Origin: an archaeon | Lineage (GTDB): Archaea; B1Sed10-29; WALL01 | Direction of reading: 5' to 3' | NCBI GenBank assembly: GCA_042584585.1 | Contig: JBHOSQ010000001.1 | Coordinates: 1 to 64,000 of the forward strand | Length of the DNA: 64,000 bases | Shown here: in pieces, positions 1 through 10,642 of the stretch | Position numbering within the stretch: the stretch's first letter is position 1 | Layout: each line of letters starts with the position of its first letter | Position numbers and translations under genes: made by a program | Notes under the pieces: generated by a model | The model's database searches: none | Told to the model about the DNA's origin: nothing | Seen by the model: the letters and a program-made list of their open reading frames with translations, nothing else

Positions 1-3000
1 TTCTTGGCTTCCAGCCCGGGGAAGGAAAGGTTTCCGTGCAGGAACATCGCAAGCGCCTGGGCAATCTCGAGCTTGGCCCGGACGATTGCTTCCTTCTGCG
101 GGACTTTGCTGCCCTCAAGGTCAGTGAGCTCGTCCCACACATCCCCAAACCCATGGTTGATATTGGAAAGCGATAGCGTGGTAACGTCCCGCCCCATAAA
201 CTGCAAATGGCCGGTGCTGTTCTTGTCCAGCAAGCTGTCGATAAACGAGTGTACCTTGGTGTCTATTTCCGTGACGCGGTGGTCGTCGTTGCGCAGCATT
301 TCCGCTTCGACAGCGGTTGTGACCTGCGACAATGCATTCTGGGTGGTAGTGTTTTCCGCGACGTACCTTGTGCCGTAGTCATAGCCCTTCTTGAACATTT
401 CTGCTGCGGGAGTCGGAACCCCGGCAGGCGACAACAGGTGCTGAAGCCCCAACAAAGTCGTGCGGTAGCCCACGGACTTGTCGCCCTGCGACCGTATGTC
501 ACGGAGGTCCGGCTTCAGGTTCACGCCGATGAGCTCGCCATCGACTTCGCTTACAATGTCGTAATTGTTCTTAAGCGCCTTGAACTTCGCCTGCTTTTCA
601 ACCGAGCTCACAAAATCAGCGGACGAAATACTGGACTCCGACGCCGCCAGGGTCGCACGGACCGCCAGGAACGGGTCGTTGAGAATCAGCAAGTCGTTCT
701 CCTGCTTCGTAATCCACTCGCTCCATTTGGTGACACTGCTCTTCGCGAGGAAGAGCTCGCCCTTCTTGTCCGGGTCGCCCTCGTACTCCGCGACTCTTTC
801 TTCCCACCGCCTCTTCTCCTTTAGCCCCCCAGCTAGTTTGGTTTCTTGGAACGTGATGTCCTGTTCCCTGCTGTTTGTGGTGAACGTTGTTTGCGGGACC
901 CTGATTTGCTTTTCGAGCAGGGTCTTGTTCGCAAGGTCAAGCGAAGTGCGCCCGACCGTGAACACTGAGCCGGCTGCCTTTGCCAGCGCAGTCTTGAGTG
1001 CGACGCCTTGGTCGGACATGGTCGTGAACAAAATCGCGTCATCGGTCCGGTCTTTCGGCAAGAGCTTGACGTTGCTGTAGAGCAAGTTTATGTGGTCCTG
1101 CTTCTTCAGCCCGGTCTTGCCCACAAGTTTTTCGATTATGGCGCTGTCCGTCATCGAGTAAAGCGAGCGCGGGATTTGGCTGCGCGCAACAGGAACTCCG
1201 TTGAGGAGGGTCTGGTCCCCCGCCTTGTCGAACACAAAGGAGGATACAACATCTCCGTTTGGTAGCGTGACAGTCTCTATTGCAGGACGGCCCGCCGCAT
1301 TCTCCGTGAAGTACTTAATTCCGTCCGGGTTATGGTAGACCGCGCTTCCCTTGAGCACGCCCTGGTTCGCGAGCTCGTTCGCGTACGGCAGGCGCATAAA
1401 CCTCATCAAGTCGGCGTGATTGGTGACGTCATAAGTGACGTCGGACGGCCACGCCGGCCCGCCTGCCGGGCCCTTGAGCGTCAGGGTATTGCCCTCCAGC
1501 GAATAGGTTACACCGTCGGTCAAAGTTCCGCTTTCACTCACGCTGGGTGGCTTAAGCAATGCATCGGCGGTACGGACACTGCCCTCCGCGCGGTAAAGCA
1601 GGCCTTGTTTCATTTCCTCGTCCAGGATGAACGGGCCGGCGCCTTCGGCGAACAGCGCTGGGTTCCACTTGTACAAAGTAGAGTATAGAGTGGGGTGCAA
1701 ATCCACAATTTTTTGGCGCCCGTCTGCAGTGCCAAGGTCAAAGTCCATGCCTAAGTGGTTGACGCTGAACTTTGTCCCGTCAATCGGGTAATTGACCTTA
1801 CTGTTATCTGCCCCGGGAAATACTATATATCTTCCGTCGGTATCGACAATCGGCTCAATCAAGTCTGCCGCCGAAACGAACAAGCCCGGGTTCTCGCGGT
1901 AAAACCGCATCATGATTGAGCTGCCGTCCCCAGAGTCAATCGCGGCCATGAGCCTCCGGTCGTGGGCGCTGTACAAGTCGTAGTTCTCCCCGAACATGGG
2001 CACGATGGCGTGGAGATTGCTTGATTCGTCAACAGTAACGTTGAGGGTGGTTGGTACCGCGTCGGCTCCGGCTGGGATCCTGATTGGCACGCCGGAAATG
2101 TTGCCCATTGGCTCGAACGCGTCGGGCATGTTAGCCATGACGTTCCTCAAGTGCTGTTCCCTCATGTCTGCGAGGCGCTCGTGCTCTTCGGGACTTGCGA
2201 CTTCTATCACGGCCCCGTTGGGGCCAATCTTCACGAGCACTACCTCGAAGCCCCTGCCCCGCCCCGCCGCTTCTTTGCGGGTGATGAACGGCACCCAGCC
2301 ATCTATTGGGCTGGTCTCGTCACTGAAATAAGTGGAGCCCCTCAGCAATTCAACGCGCCTCGAGAAAATGTCGTTGAGGGTTTCCGCGCCGACCTTGTTC
2401 CGCACCACAGGCATTAGGCGGTTGAACTCTGCGTCGAACGTGCTGCGCATTTGTGACTTGTCGTAAATCTCGACGCCGTTGCGGACGAACCACAGCTTCT
2501 TGAACAAGAACCCTGGCTCGAGCAGGACTTCCCACTCGTTTGACCGCACGTCACCAACAAGCGGGACGGCCGCGCGGCCCCTCAGGAATGGCGTCCGTTG
2601 AACCACTGTTTCGCTCCGGTCGCGGAGCCCGTAGGCCGTGCGATAGTCGGCATCGAACCTCGCGATTGTCTCGGCGAGCTCGTCGCGCGTGAACTTTTCG
2701 CGGCCGAGTGACGTGAGCCTATCCTCGGCGTAGTTGCGCAGCCACGCTCTGGCCAACTTTTCGGTAACCGCCGGTTGGCCGGGGAACAAGCGGACGTTCA
2801 TCAACACCGCGTCAATGTTTTCGATGGTTGTCTTGCCATCGTAGTCAAAGCTTTCCCACTTCAGGGGCTGGTCCATAAGCGTGTAAGTCTCGCGCAGGCT
2901 TTCGATTTCGCGGGCGTCGTTCGTCAGGCCACTCACGTGGTCTTCGCCCTCGCGGGTGCTCGGCACGGGGACCCACGCGTCGCCGTCTTTGTGCATAAGC

Positions 3001-5960
3001 GTGTCGCCGACGAACTTGAGGCCCTTGTGCTCAGTGAAGAACTTGAGGACGTCTTCCGCATCGTAGCTGCTGGTTATGTCTTTGACGCGCTGCCTCGTCG
3101 TGCTGTCGGTCGCGGTCCAGTCAGCGTCCTTCATGAACTTTTCGGCTGCCAACACTGCGTCGCCGTCGGGAATGAATCCTGCGAATGCCTTGCTCGTGAG
3201 TGCCGAGTCAAAGTTCAGCAGGCTTGTTTCCTCTTGCGCTCCCGCAGCGTCAAGTGCGTCCTGGACTTCAGTGGCAGACACCCGAACCCCATACTTCCTC
3301 AGCATTTTCTTGAGGTGGAGGCTCAGTGGCACGCGCTTGCGGGCTTCGTAAATCGACTCAAAGTACTTGTTTGCCTGTGCCTCGATTTCTTCGGGCGTCA
3401 TCTTCGGGCCCTGCACTTCCTTGAGGCCCGGGATTTCTTCCCAGCCGTGGGGCACGGTGTGCAGCCCTTCCATCCAGTGCATTAAGTCGGGCGCGACATT
3501 GTTTTCCCACGCATTTTCCAAAAGGGTTTTTCTTTCTTCGGGCTGGAGCGCGTTGTAGTCCTGGTCGAGCTGGTTTTTCTCCCGGTCGGTGAGCTCAGTG
3601 TATTCCTTGCCGTCGAACGCATCTTTGCTGTACTGCTTTAGTGCGATGCGCTTTACCGCGGCTGCCACGGATTCATCGGCATTGTTCAGCGCCGCATCAA
3701 GGTCAACGCGGTCTCCGGTGCGCTTGTACTGCAGCACCTTGTCCCCCTCGGCATCGTCAACAAAGCGGAATTTGCACATTCTCACGTCGTCGCCGAGTGT
3801 GTCTTCGGAGAACTTTTGGATGAACTCCCCCTTGTCGAACTGCTTTAAGTATTCCTCGAATTGTGTCTTGGCTTCAGGCGTGGCCCTGCTTTGGCGGAGC
3901 TTTAGCCTAAGCAATGAAGCGAGTTCCCTGTGATCAATCTCAACTTCGGGAGCGACTTCGCCTTCGGTCGCGCGCTTGAGCAGAGTGGCCGCGTTCCTGG
4001 CGTCCCGTATAAACCCGGCGTAGACCGTATCCTCTGCGACAGTGGAGTAAGCCGCGTGGTTAGCTAGGTCGCTGTCCAGCTCTTCGCGCTTGTCTTCGTC
4101 GCTTTGCGCCATCAAGCGGCCCTTGCCGACGGCGACGCTCGACTCTTTCTTCAGCGCGTCGGTGAGGTTTTCCCAGTTCCTGCCTCCGGCGGTGCGCCAC
4201 AACAAGTTGTACAATTCTTCGTGCCTGCCGCCCGCGTCAATCATTTCGCGGACTCTTTGGTGCAGCTGCTCCGGAGTGAGCTCTTCTTCGGGTTCGGGCT
4301 CAGCTCTACCTGCCGGCGCTGCTTCCACGAAGCCCCTGATGAGCTGTATGTCCCTCTCGTGGTCTGCGATGCGCCGGTTGATTTCCCATTGGCGGTCCTC
4401 AAGATCTTTCTTACGTTTGGTCAGGTCGGCTGGCACCGGGGTGCCTTCTTCGACTGCGGCAATCTCACGGTTGACGCGCTGGATTTCACTGGCCACTGCT
4501 GCTCTTTGTTGCGGAAGCCCCAGAGGAGCTACAGCTTCACCAAGGTTTACGCCGACGTAGGCCTCATGGGCTCCTGCGTCGACTTCCTTTGCCTTTGCGT
4601 GGGCGCGGTGGTCCTCAAGCGTTTGTTTCTTGAAGTTTTCGACTGCGTTCTTCAGGCGCACACCGCCCAACTTGTTGAGCGTAGCCTCAATTTCGGGCTG
4701 CTTGTCCCTCAGTGTGGCGAACAAGTTCTTGAGCTTGCCCCGCTGGCTGTCGTCCAGGTCTTTCACGTCGTAGCTGCCCGTGCTGTCGATGTGGTCCTTC
4801 AAGTCAAACATAAACGCAAGCTTCTCTTTTTCTTCGTCACCAAGCGAGTCCCATACATCCGTCAGATCGTCACGCGTATCGCTAAGTTTTTGGGTGGCTT
4901 CGTAAAAAGCTTGTACCTGGTCCTTGGACAAGTCATCGACATTAATGCTTGCGAGGCCGGTCATCTTATCTAGCTCAGCCTTGACTTCCGCCTTGAACTG
5001 GTCGGACTGCTCTTGGCCAAACCCACCTTCCTCGGAAAGCGATTTCAAGCTTTCCTCTGGGTTCGTCTCGATGCCCTCGGCCTTTATTGAGTCAGCGAGG
5101 TTCTGGAACTCGCGCGAAGTAATGTGTGACTTGGGGTCACGCTCGTCAAGCGCCTTGTCTACCAGCCCATTAATGAACTCGTTCGTAAACCTCAGGCCAG
5201 TAGCGCTTGAATGCGTCTCTGGTGCGATGCCCCTGTCCTGCAGGAACTTTTTGTGAATATCAGTGACTTTGGCGCGCTCGTCGGGGGTGAGGGAATCAAG
5301 GTTAATCTCTTTTTCAAGGACCGCGTGAATATGCGCCTGGTTTTCTTCTGAGAGGCCAATGGCGGCAGCGGCCTGGTCCCCACTGTTCTGGAGGATTGCG
5401 CTCACACCGCGTTGCCCTGCCGTGTTCACGTTCTGCATGTAGTCCACAAGGTCCGTGAGCACAGTGCCCGTGGCGTTGGGAATCTGTTCCGGAGAAAACG
5501 ATAAGTTATTCCTCTGCCATTTTTCCATCGCGGCCTCGACCGACCCTGAGTTCTTAAGGTCCTTGAACAAGTCGTTCATTACAGCGCCATCGACTTTTTG
5601 ACCAAGGTGATAAGCATCTTCAGGCCTAAGGTTCTGCTTGATGTTCAGCAGGTGTGCCATGTCGCTGCTGAGCTTGTTCTTGCCGGATTTGACATAAACC
5701 GTCCCCAAGTAAGAGTGCGTTTGCTTCGTTTGGAACAGCCTGTCCGGCCGAGCCCAGAACTTATTGCTGTCGTAATCAATTTTGGTGCTCTTGACGCGGT
5801 TCTCCATTATGTGGGCGAGCTTGGTTAGCTGATGAATCTCTGCGTCACTTGCACCCCGCTTTCGCGCGGAACGCAAGTTCTTCTTCGCAATGTGTTTGTA
5901 GTACTTAGCCGCCTTCCAGTTTTTTCTCGCCTTAACCGCTTCTTTTTTGAATAAGGGCAT
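1..5960 (-). CDS. Giant hypothetical protein (>1,980 aa), 3' end outside window
   Basis: ATG at 5960 preceded by SD GAGGTGG. My manual translation (MPLFKKEAVKARKNWKAAKYYKHIAKKNLRSARKRG...QALAMFLHGNLSFPGLEAK) stays open to position 1. It is absent from the ORF track because no stop is reached. Confidence 0.9.
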   Translation of the reverse strand, partial: MPLFKKEAVKARKNWKAAKYYKHIAKKNLRSARKRGASDAEIHQLTKLAHIMENRVKSTKIDYDSNKFWARPDRLFQTKQTHSYLGTVYVKSGKNKLSSDMAHLLNIKQNLRPEDAYHLGQKVDGAVMNDLFKDLKNSGSVEAAMEKWQRNNLSFSPEQIPNATGTVLTDLVDYMQNVNTAGQRGVSAILQNSGDQAAAAIGLSEENQAHIHAVLEKEINLDSLTPDERAKVTDIHKKFLQDRGIAPETHSSATGLRFTNEFINGLVDKALDERDPKSHITSREFQNLADSIKAEGIETNPEESLKSLSEEGGFGQEQSDQFKAEVKAELDKMTGLASINVDDLSKDQVQAFYEATQKLSDTRDDLTDVWDSLGDEEKEKLAFMFDLKDHIDSTGSYDVKDLDDSQRGKLKNLFATLRDKQPEIEATLNKLGGVRLKNAVENFKKQTLEDHRAHAKAKEVDAGAHEAYVGVNLGEAVAPLGLPQQRAAVASEIQRVNREIAAVEEGTPVPADLTKRKKDLEDRQWEINRRIADHERDIQLIRGFVEAAPAGRAEPEPEEELTPEQLHQRVREMIDAGGRHEELYNLLWRTAGGRNWENLTDALKKESSVAVGKGRLMAQSDEDKREELDSDLANHAAYSTVAEDTVYAGFIRDARNAATLLKRATEGEVAPEVEIDHRELASLLRLKLRQSRATPEAKTQFEEYLKQFDKGEFIQKFSEDTLGDDVRMCKFRFVDDAEGDKVLQYKRTGDRVDLDAALNNADESVAAAVKRIALKQYSKDAFDGKEYTELTDREKNQLDQDYNALQPEERKTLLENAWENNVAPDLMHWMEGLHTVPHGWEEIPGLKEVQGPKMTPEEIEAQANKYFESIYEARKRVPLSLHLKKMLRKYGVRVSATEVQDALDAAGAQEETSLLNFDSALTSKAFAGFIPDGDAVLAAEKFMKDADWTATDSTTRQRVKDITSSYDAEDVLKFFTEHKGLKFVGDTLMHKDGDAWVPVPSTREGEDHVSGLTNDAREIESLRETYTLMDQPLKWESFDYDGKTTIENIDAVLMNVRLFPGQPAVTEKLARAWLRNYAEDRLTSLGREKFTRDELAETIARFDADYRTAYGLRDRSETVVQRTPFLRGRAAVPLVGDVRSNEWEVLLEPGFLFKKLWFVRNGVEIYDKSQMRSTFDAEFNRLMPVVRNKVGAETLNDIFSRRVELLRGSTYFSDETSPIDGWVPFITRKEAAGRGRGFEVVLVKIGPNGAVIEVASPEEHERLADMREQHLRNVMANMPDAFEPMGNISGVPIRIPAGADAVPTTLNVTVDESSNLHAIVPMFGENYDLYSAHDRRLMAAIDSGDGSSIMMRFYRENPGLFVSAADLIEPIVDTDGRYIVFPGADNSKVNYPIDGTKFSVNHLGMDFDLGTADGRQKIVDLHPTLYSTLYKWNPALFAEGAGPFILDEEMKQGLLYRAEGSVRTADALLKPPSVSESGTLTDGVTYSLEGNTLTLKGPAGGPAWPSDVTYDVTNHADLMRFMRLPYANELANQGVLKGSAVYHNPDGIKYFTENAAGRPAIETVTLPNGDVVSSFVFDKAGDQTLLNGVPVARSQIPRSLYSMTDSAIIEKLVGKTGLKKQDHINLLYSNVKLLPKDRTDDAILFTTMSDQGVALKTALAKAAGSVFTVGRTSLDLANKTLLEKQIRVPQTTFTTNSREQDITFQETKLAGGLKEKRRWEERVAEYEGDPDKKGELFLAKSSVTKWSEWITKQENDLLILNDPFLAVRATLAASESSISSADFVSSVEKQAKFKALKNNYDIVSEVDGELIGVNLKPDLRDIRSQGDKSVGYRTTLLGLQHLLSPAGVPTPAAEMFKKGYDYGTRYVAENTTTQNALSQVTTAVEAEMLRNDDHRVTEIDTKVHSFIDSLLDKNSTGHLQFMGRDVTTLSLSNINHGFGDVWDELTDLEGSKVPQKEAIVRAKLEIAQALAMFLHGNLSFPGLEAK

Positions 5961-6014
5961 CAAAAACCACCTCAATGCAAAAATCTTTGCACAAATAGTT
6001 AGGGGGGACTGCAC

Positions 6015-6959
6015 TTATATACTTTTTGTTAATAAGGCGGCAAAGAACTCTGGATGCTCGGGCAAGCCACTGATTTCATTGGCTCTCGACCAAGCTTTTT
6101 CGACAAAATCCGTGGAAATCGATTCGTCAACGACAAAAAGAGTGGAATACAGCTCCGTTACCCCATCCGTGTCCCCCAGTCGCTTCTTGGTGGATATCGC
6201 TGCCGATTTATACTCCTTCACAATGTTGCTCCATCCCGAGAAAACAGTGGACACGCGCGTAAGGAATGGCTCCAAAACCTCTTTTTCGCCCTCGGAGAGC
6301 TTGGGCTGTAAATCAAGCCACGGAATAAGCGTTTTCCCGAATCCGTGCTTTTCTAGTATGGTTATAACGGATGCATCGCGGATTACGTGGGGGGACTTCG
6401 AGAGGAAGGGGTTGTGGTTGATTACATGCATTTTCCCGGCACTGGTGCCCGCAAGGAACCGCGAGAACGGCATGTACTGGGACTTCATGAGCGTAAGGTT
6501 TTCGAACACGCCCGTTGGGCCGTAGTCAATGAACAATACTTTGCCTTTGGCCTTCACCGCTTTTTCTGCGTGGCCGAGGAAGTTGTGGAGCTCAAGGGGA
6601 ATGACTGCGGACGCGCCGCGCGGGAGCTTAAGGCCGGAGCGCTTCATGAACGCGTGGGCTTGGCGGGACTGCTCTTTCGACAGGTCGACGAGCCGGCCGT
6701 CGCGGACGGCGTAGAGCTTGTTGTCGATGTTGATTAGCTTTAGCCCGCGGAGCTTTGGGAGGCATTGGATGCAGACCACAAAGTCGTAGTCCGCGCCCTT
6801 GAGGGCCATGGGGTCAGTGAACACGTGTGGCTCCCAGTTAAGGAACTTCATGTTTTTGGCGGAGGGGCCGATGACCGCGGCTTTGCCTTTGCCAAGCGAT
6901 TCTTCGAGCGCGAGCGACAGCATTCCGCCGCAAGTGTCCACAAGGTCAATTTCGAACAT
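6015..6959 (-). CDS. Hypothetical protein, possibly degenerate SAM-methyltransferase fold (MidA/NDUFAF7-like)
   Basis: 314-aa ORF. KGKVLFIDYG resembles the GxxLxIDYG motif of the MidA family, but motif I is poor. Confidence 0.35.
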   Translation of the reverse strand: MFEIDLVDTCGGMLSLALEESLGKGKAAVIGPSAKNMKFLNWEPHVFTDPMALKGADYDFVVCIQCLPKLRGLKLINIDNKLYAVRDGRLVDLSKEQSRQAHAFMKRSGLKLPRGASAVIPLELHNFLGHAEKAVKAKGKVLFIDYGPTGVFENLTLMKSQYMPFSRFLAGTSAGKMHVINHNPFLSKSPHVIRDASVITILEKHGFGKTLIPWLDLQPKLSEGEKEVLEPFLTRVSTVFSGWSNIVKEYKSAAISTKKRLGDTDGVTELYSTLFVVDESISTDFVEKAWSRANEISGLPEHPEFFAALLTKSI

Positions 6960-7024
6960 CGATGCACCACAACGCAGCCACTGAATAAAAGCGTTTTTAT
7001 TGTTTGGCCACGAATAACTAGAGT

Positions 7025-7165
7025 ATGTTGTTTGAGGCGGTGGCCGTCGTGCTGGGAATCACGGTGGTTTACACGTGGGTTTTGAACAAGCGGGTTGCCG
7101 CTTTGCCGGCAAACGCGAGGCGCGGCCACGCGTGGCTGAAGGACGAAGAGCTCAAGCTCCCGTAA
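7025..7165 (+). CDS. Small single-pass membrane protein (46 aa)
   Basis: MLFEAVAVVLGITVVYTWVLNKRVAALPANARRGHAWLKDEELKLP*. A TTTTTATT box lies ~25-30 nt upstream. Below the ORF-track cutoff. Confidence 0.6.
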   Translation: MLFEAVAVVLGITVVYTWVLNKRVAALPANARRGHAWLKDEELKLP

Positions 7166-7197
7166 ACATTAAAAAGCGGCGTGGATTATTCAGTTGC

Positions 7198-9633
7198 ATG
7201 CGCAAAGCGCTGGTCGCAATCATTCTTTTGTGTGCCATAGCCTCGGCCACCAGCGTAAACATCACGCTCAACAAAGACAACGACACTCGGTACGAGCATC
7301 AAGAGGACTACACCATCACGGTCACAATCGTGAACCTCGGGCCCACGAACGACACTTTCGATGTGCGGCTGGACACAGATGGGCAAGACGTCGAGGTCAA
7401 TGACACGGACAGGTATGCCTACAACATCACGAACATGTCGGTCAACGCAAGCTACGCGAGAAGCGTCACGATTTATATCAATAAGTCCATGGCGTTCGAC
7501 GACGAGCAGTGGTTTACTGTCGAGGTGTACAACGAGTCGGACTTAGTCGGCCAAGAGCACCTCGAAATCAATACAGTGCAATTCTCGTCGATAGTAATGG
7601 ACTTTGACTACGACCCGAACAATGCCTCGAACGCGGACGTGACGCTGACCGGAAAGAATTCGCTGGATGAGGACACGTACAGGTGGAACGCGACGTTCCA
7701 CGTTTACAACGCTAGCGGTGATTGCTACAACATCTCGACGAACACGTCGAGCACCGACCTTGACCTCGAAAACTGCACTTCGGGCGTCTACGACATAAAG
7801 GCCATAGCCACGGCAGACGAGGAATTTGTCGAGAACACGAAGATAAATGACTATTTCCTGTTCAGGTACTTGACGCTCACCGCCGACTTTTACTTATTGG
7901 AATTATTCGACTTCCAACGGCCGTTTTCCGAGGTCTCGCGCATCACAGGCGGAGACACCATAGTCATGAAAGGTGTAGCAAGGTACGACGACGGCACGGC
8001 GATTGGGTACTCGCCGGACACGTCATCGAGCCTGCTGAACCTGACGATTGAGGTGCCGAACATCACCGACCCCGTGCACACTATTACGGTGCAAAGCGAC
8101 GGCACTTATGAGTTCCGGTTCGACGCGCCGGCGAACACGAGCAACTACATCTTGTCGCTTGACGCGTACGGCTATTTGGACTACGAGAAGACGGTGGAGT
8201 ACACGCTGAAGGTAAACAACACCCGGGACTACATTCCCGAGCCGGTGAACGAAAGCGAAATAATGACGAGGCTCAATATTTCACTCGGGAACCAAAGCCT
8301 TGACTTGGTCGACGGGGAGCTGGTGCTGGACGTCGCCATATCCAACGACAACCTCATCGGGATTTCGGGCAAGCCAACGCTCGTCGAGGAAGGCACCAAC
8401 AAGCAGTTCGCCGTGACGGAGCCGTCGAGGGACAGCGTCAGCGGGAGGGGCTCAAGGAACTACACGCTGGGCATCAGGCCGAAGAACTATACCCGCCCGG
8501 GCGACTACGCCCTGGATATTCAATTCAGCACTATTTACGGCAGCATCAGCAAGTCAATCCAGCTGACCGTGCCCGAGGAAGAGCTCGTGGCCGGGGAGCT
8601 TAACGTGGTTAGGTACATTGACTACAAGAGCGAGTCGCAGGTCACACTCAAGGTAGTGAACAAGCACGCGGGAGAGGCCCAGGCGCGGATTCGCGAGACA
8701 ATCAGCAAAGACATAATGCCTTACATCGTCGAAATCGATAACTTGATCGCGGGGTGCGGGACGACGGACGCAACGTGCAAGCTCGGGAAAATAGTGGACA
8801 ACGGCACGTGCAGCGACTGTGACACAGTGGACTGGAACCAAACCGACTGCTTCCTCGCGTGCGGCGCCGGGAACGAAACGTGCCGCGCGAACTGCACCAG
8901 CCTGACAACCAACTGCAGCACGGACTGCACGAACCGCACGCGGCTCACGTTTGCGCCTGCCTACGCCCGCTTGATTGAGGCGGACCCGGTGGTCGAGTGG
9001 GACGTTGACTTGGCGGCGGGGGCGACGACGGAACTGGTGTACACCACCACGGTGCTTGTGGACGAGACTTGGTTCACGGAGCCGGTTATTGACGCGGGGC
9101 TTGAGATAATCGCGACCCCGACGCCTGCGGCGACTCCAACGCCGACACCTGAGGCGACACCGGAGGCAAACGCGACACAGGTCACGAATGGCGAGCCCGA
9201 GCCGCCGTCCGGAATCCCCATGTGGCTGCTTGTTTTCGTGGGAATAATGTTTTTGGTGTTCGTCGGGGCTGCTGGCGGAATTGCTTATGTGTTCACCAAC
9301 AAGCGAGACCAAGTCGACGACTTTTTGGACAAGTACTTGCCGGAGAGGGAGTTGACCGAGGAAGACATTCAGCGCCGCAAAATCAGGGGCTTGTTCGTCA
9401 CGGAGGAAATGACGAAGGAAGCGCCTAAACCCAAGCCTGCGCCGGAGCCCGAGGCCAAGGAGTCTATGCTTGGGCGGCTCGACAAAATGTTTTCGCCGAA
9501 GAAGAAGGAAGAGGCGCCGACGAAGTACGAGCCCAAGAAAGGGGAAGAAAAGCCCAAGAAAGAAGAGAAAAAGAAGATGCCCGATTTCAAGGAGCTAAAG
9601 GACATCGGAAAGGGCTTTGGGGACGGCTCCTAA
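7198..9633 (+). CDS. Membrane-anchored cell-surface glycoprotein (Ig-like domains, Cys-rich insert, PT linker, C-terminal TM, charged tail)
   Basis: Signal peptide MRKALVAIILLCAIASA, many N-x-S/T sequons, ATPTPAATPTPTP linker, TM WLLVFVGIMFLVFVGAAGGIAYVF. Start moved from 7075 to the ATG at 7198. Confidence 0.8.
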   Translation: MRKALVAIILLCAIASATSVNITLNKDNDTRYEHQEDYTITVTIVNLGPTNDTFDVRLDTDGQDVEVNDTDRYAYNITNMSVNASYARSVTIYINKSMAFDDEQWFTVEVYNESDLVGQEHLEINTVQFSSIVMDFDYDPNNASNADVTLTGKNSLDEDTYRWNATFHVYNASGDCYNISTNTSSTDLDLENCTSGVYDIKAIATADEEFVENTKINDYFLFRYLTLTADFYLLELFDFQRPFSEVSRITGGDTIVMKGVARYDDGTAIGYSPDTSSSLLNLTIEVPNITDPVHTITVQSDGTYEFRFDAPANTSNYILSLDAYGYLDYEKTVEYTLKVNNTRDYIPEPVNESEIMTRLNISLGNQSLDLVDGELVLDVAISNDNLIGISGKPTLVEEGTNKQFAVTEPSRDSVSGRGSRNYTLGIRPKNYTRPGDYALDIQFSTIYGSISKSIQLTVPEEELVAGELNVVRYIDYKSESQVTLKVVNKHAGEAQARIRETISKDIMPYIVEIDNLIAGCGTTDATCKLGKIVDNGTCSDCDTVDWNQTDCFLACGAGNETCRANCTSLTTNCSTDCTNRTRLTFAPAYARLIEADPVVEWDVDLAAGATTELVYTTTVLVDETWFTEPVIDAGLEIIATPTPAATPTPTPEATPEANATQVTNGEPEPPSGIPMWLLVFVGIMFLVFVGAAGGIAYVFTNKRDQVDDFLDKYLPERELTEEDIQRRKIRGLFVTEEMTKEAPKPKPAPEPEAKESMLGRLDKMFSPKKKEEAPTKYEPKKGEEKPKKEEKKKMPDFKELKDIGKGFGDGS

Positions 9634-9692
9634 CCCAAGGGGATGACGACGTCCCATCGCGTAATGCATGTTCTTGACACGGTTGCAAAGCA

Positions 9693-10532
9693 TCATATTT
9701 CCTGGTGTGGTTGGTATATCACGGCACCACATGACTTGCAGTGTAACGCGTCTTTGTCGTGGTATCGCAGGCTGCATTTCTTGCAGGTGGTATCACTCTT
9801 CTCTCTGGCGAGCGCCCATTCCTTGATTATTTGGCCCGCCTGCCAGGGGATAAGCACGATGCCAGAGATAATCATGAGGACCGTCACTGCCCTGCCCCAT
9901 AGCCCTGAGGGAGTGATGTCTCCGAAGCCGACAGTGGCGAGCGTGACGACGATGTAGTAAAAAGCGTCCCCGAAGTTATTTACAGTTGCATTTATCTCGT
10001 GTTCAGCATAATAGAAGAGCGCCGCACCCACGAAAAAAATCGTTAGTATCGTCACGATGAGCCGGCCGAGTATCAAGAGATGCTTGCTGATTGTCCCGAA
10101 AAAGAAATCCCGTGTCTCCATGAACCGAATGAAACGGAATATCCTAAAGACTCTGAACACGCGGAATATCTTGATGATTTGCATGAACGCGGCTGTGTGC
10201 GGCAGGAACAGCACTATGATTGGGATTATCGATAGCAGATCGATGATTGCGTATACTCCAAAGACATGCTTGATGCGGTTTCTCGCGCCGTAGAGTCTTG
10301 CGATATATTCGACAACGAATAATGCGATGATTGTGATCTCAAGGGGATACAAAAGCTGGATTACGGCAGTGGGCAGTTGGTAGGTCTCTGCCACGAGAAC
10401 CCCACATATCACCAAGTTTAGGAATAATATGAACATGTCGAGCCACTTGCCCAATGAGGTCTTGGAGTCTATCAAATAGAAGCGTATCGCCTCGCGGAAA
10501 GTTTTCTTCTTGGGCATCATGTGCATAGACAC
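9693..10532 (-). CDS. Voltage-gated potassium channel (6TM) with C-terminal Zn ribbon
   Basis: S4-like RVFRVFRIFRFIR, filter TVGFGD, CKKC...CKSC. Start uncertain (10532/10526/10520). Confidence 0.9.
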   Translation of the reverse strand: MSMHMMPKKKTFREAIRFYLIDSKTSLGKWLDMFILFLNLVICGVLVAETYQLPTAVIQLLYPLEITIIALFVVEYIARLYGARNRIKHVFGVYAIIDLLSIIPIIVLFLPHTAAFMQIIKIFRVFRVFRIFRFIRFMETRDFFFGTISKHLLILGRLIVTILTIFFVGAALFYYAEHEINATVNNFGDAFYYIVVTLATVGFGDITPSGLWGRAVTVLMIISGIVLIPWQAGQIIKEWALAREKSDTTCKKCSLRYHDKDALHCKSCGAVIYQPHQEI

Positions 10533-10642
10533 CGAACTAACATAAAAAGATGACTATGTCGATTAAAAGAGAAATCATGGCAAACTATACGTACACTCCT
10601 GAAAAGCCAAAGTCTTAATAAGCCACCAACGAATAATCTAAA

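Noticed and set aside
4-5828. Plus-strand ORFs (e.g. 207-824, 2775-3485, 4104-4973)
   Set aside because: Antisense shadows of the giant minus-strand gene. The same applies to most overlapping track ORFs opposite real genes.
7075-7197. Track N-terminal extensions (also for pyrC, argH, glyS, 31943 and 41477)
   Set aside because: They overlap neighbouring genes or promoters; downstream starts fit signal peptides, SD sites or TATA spacing better.
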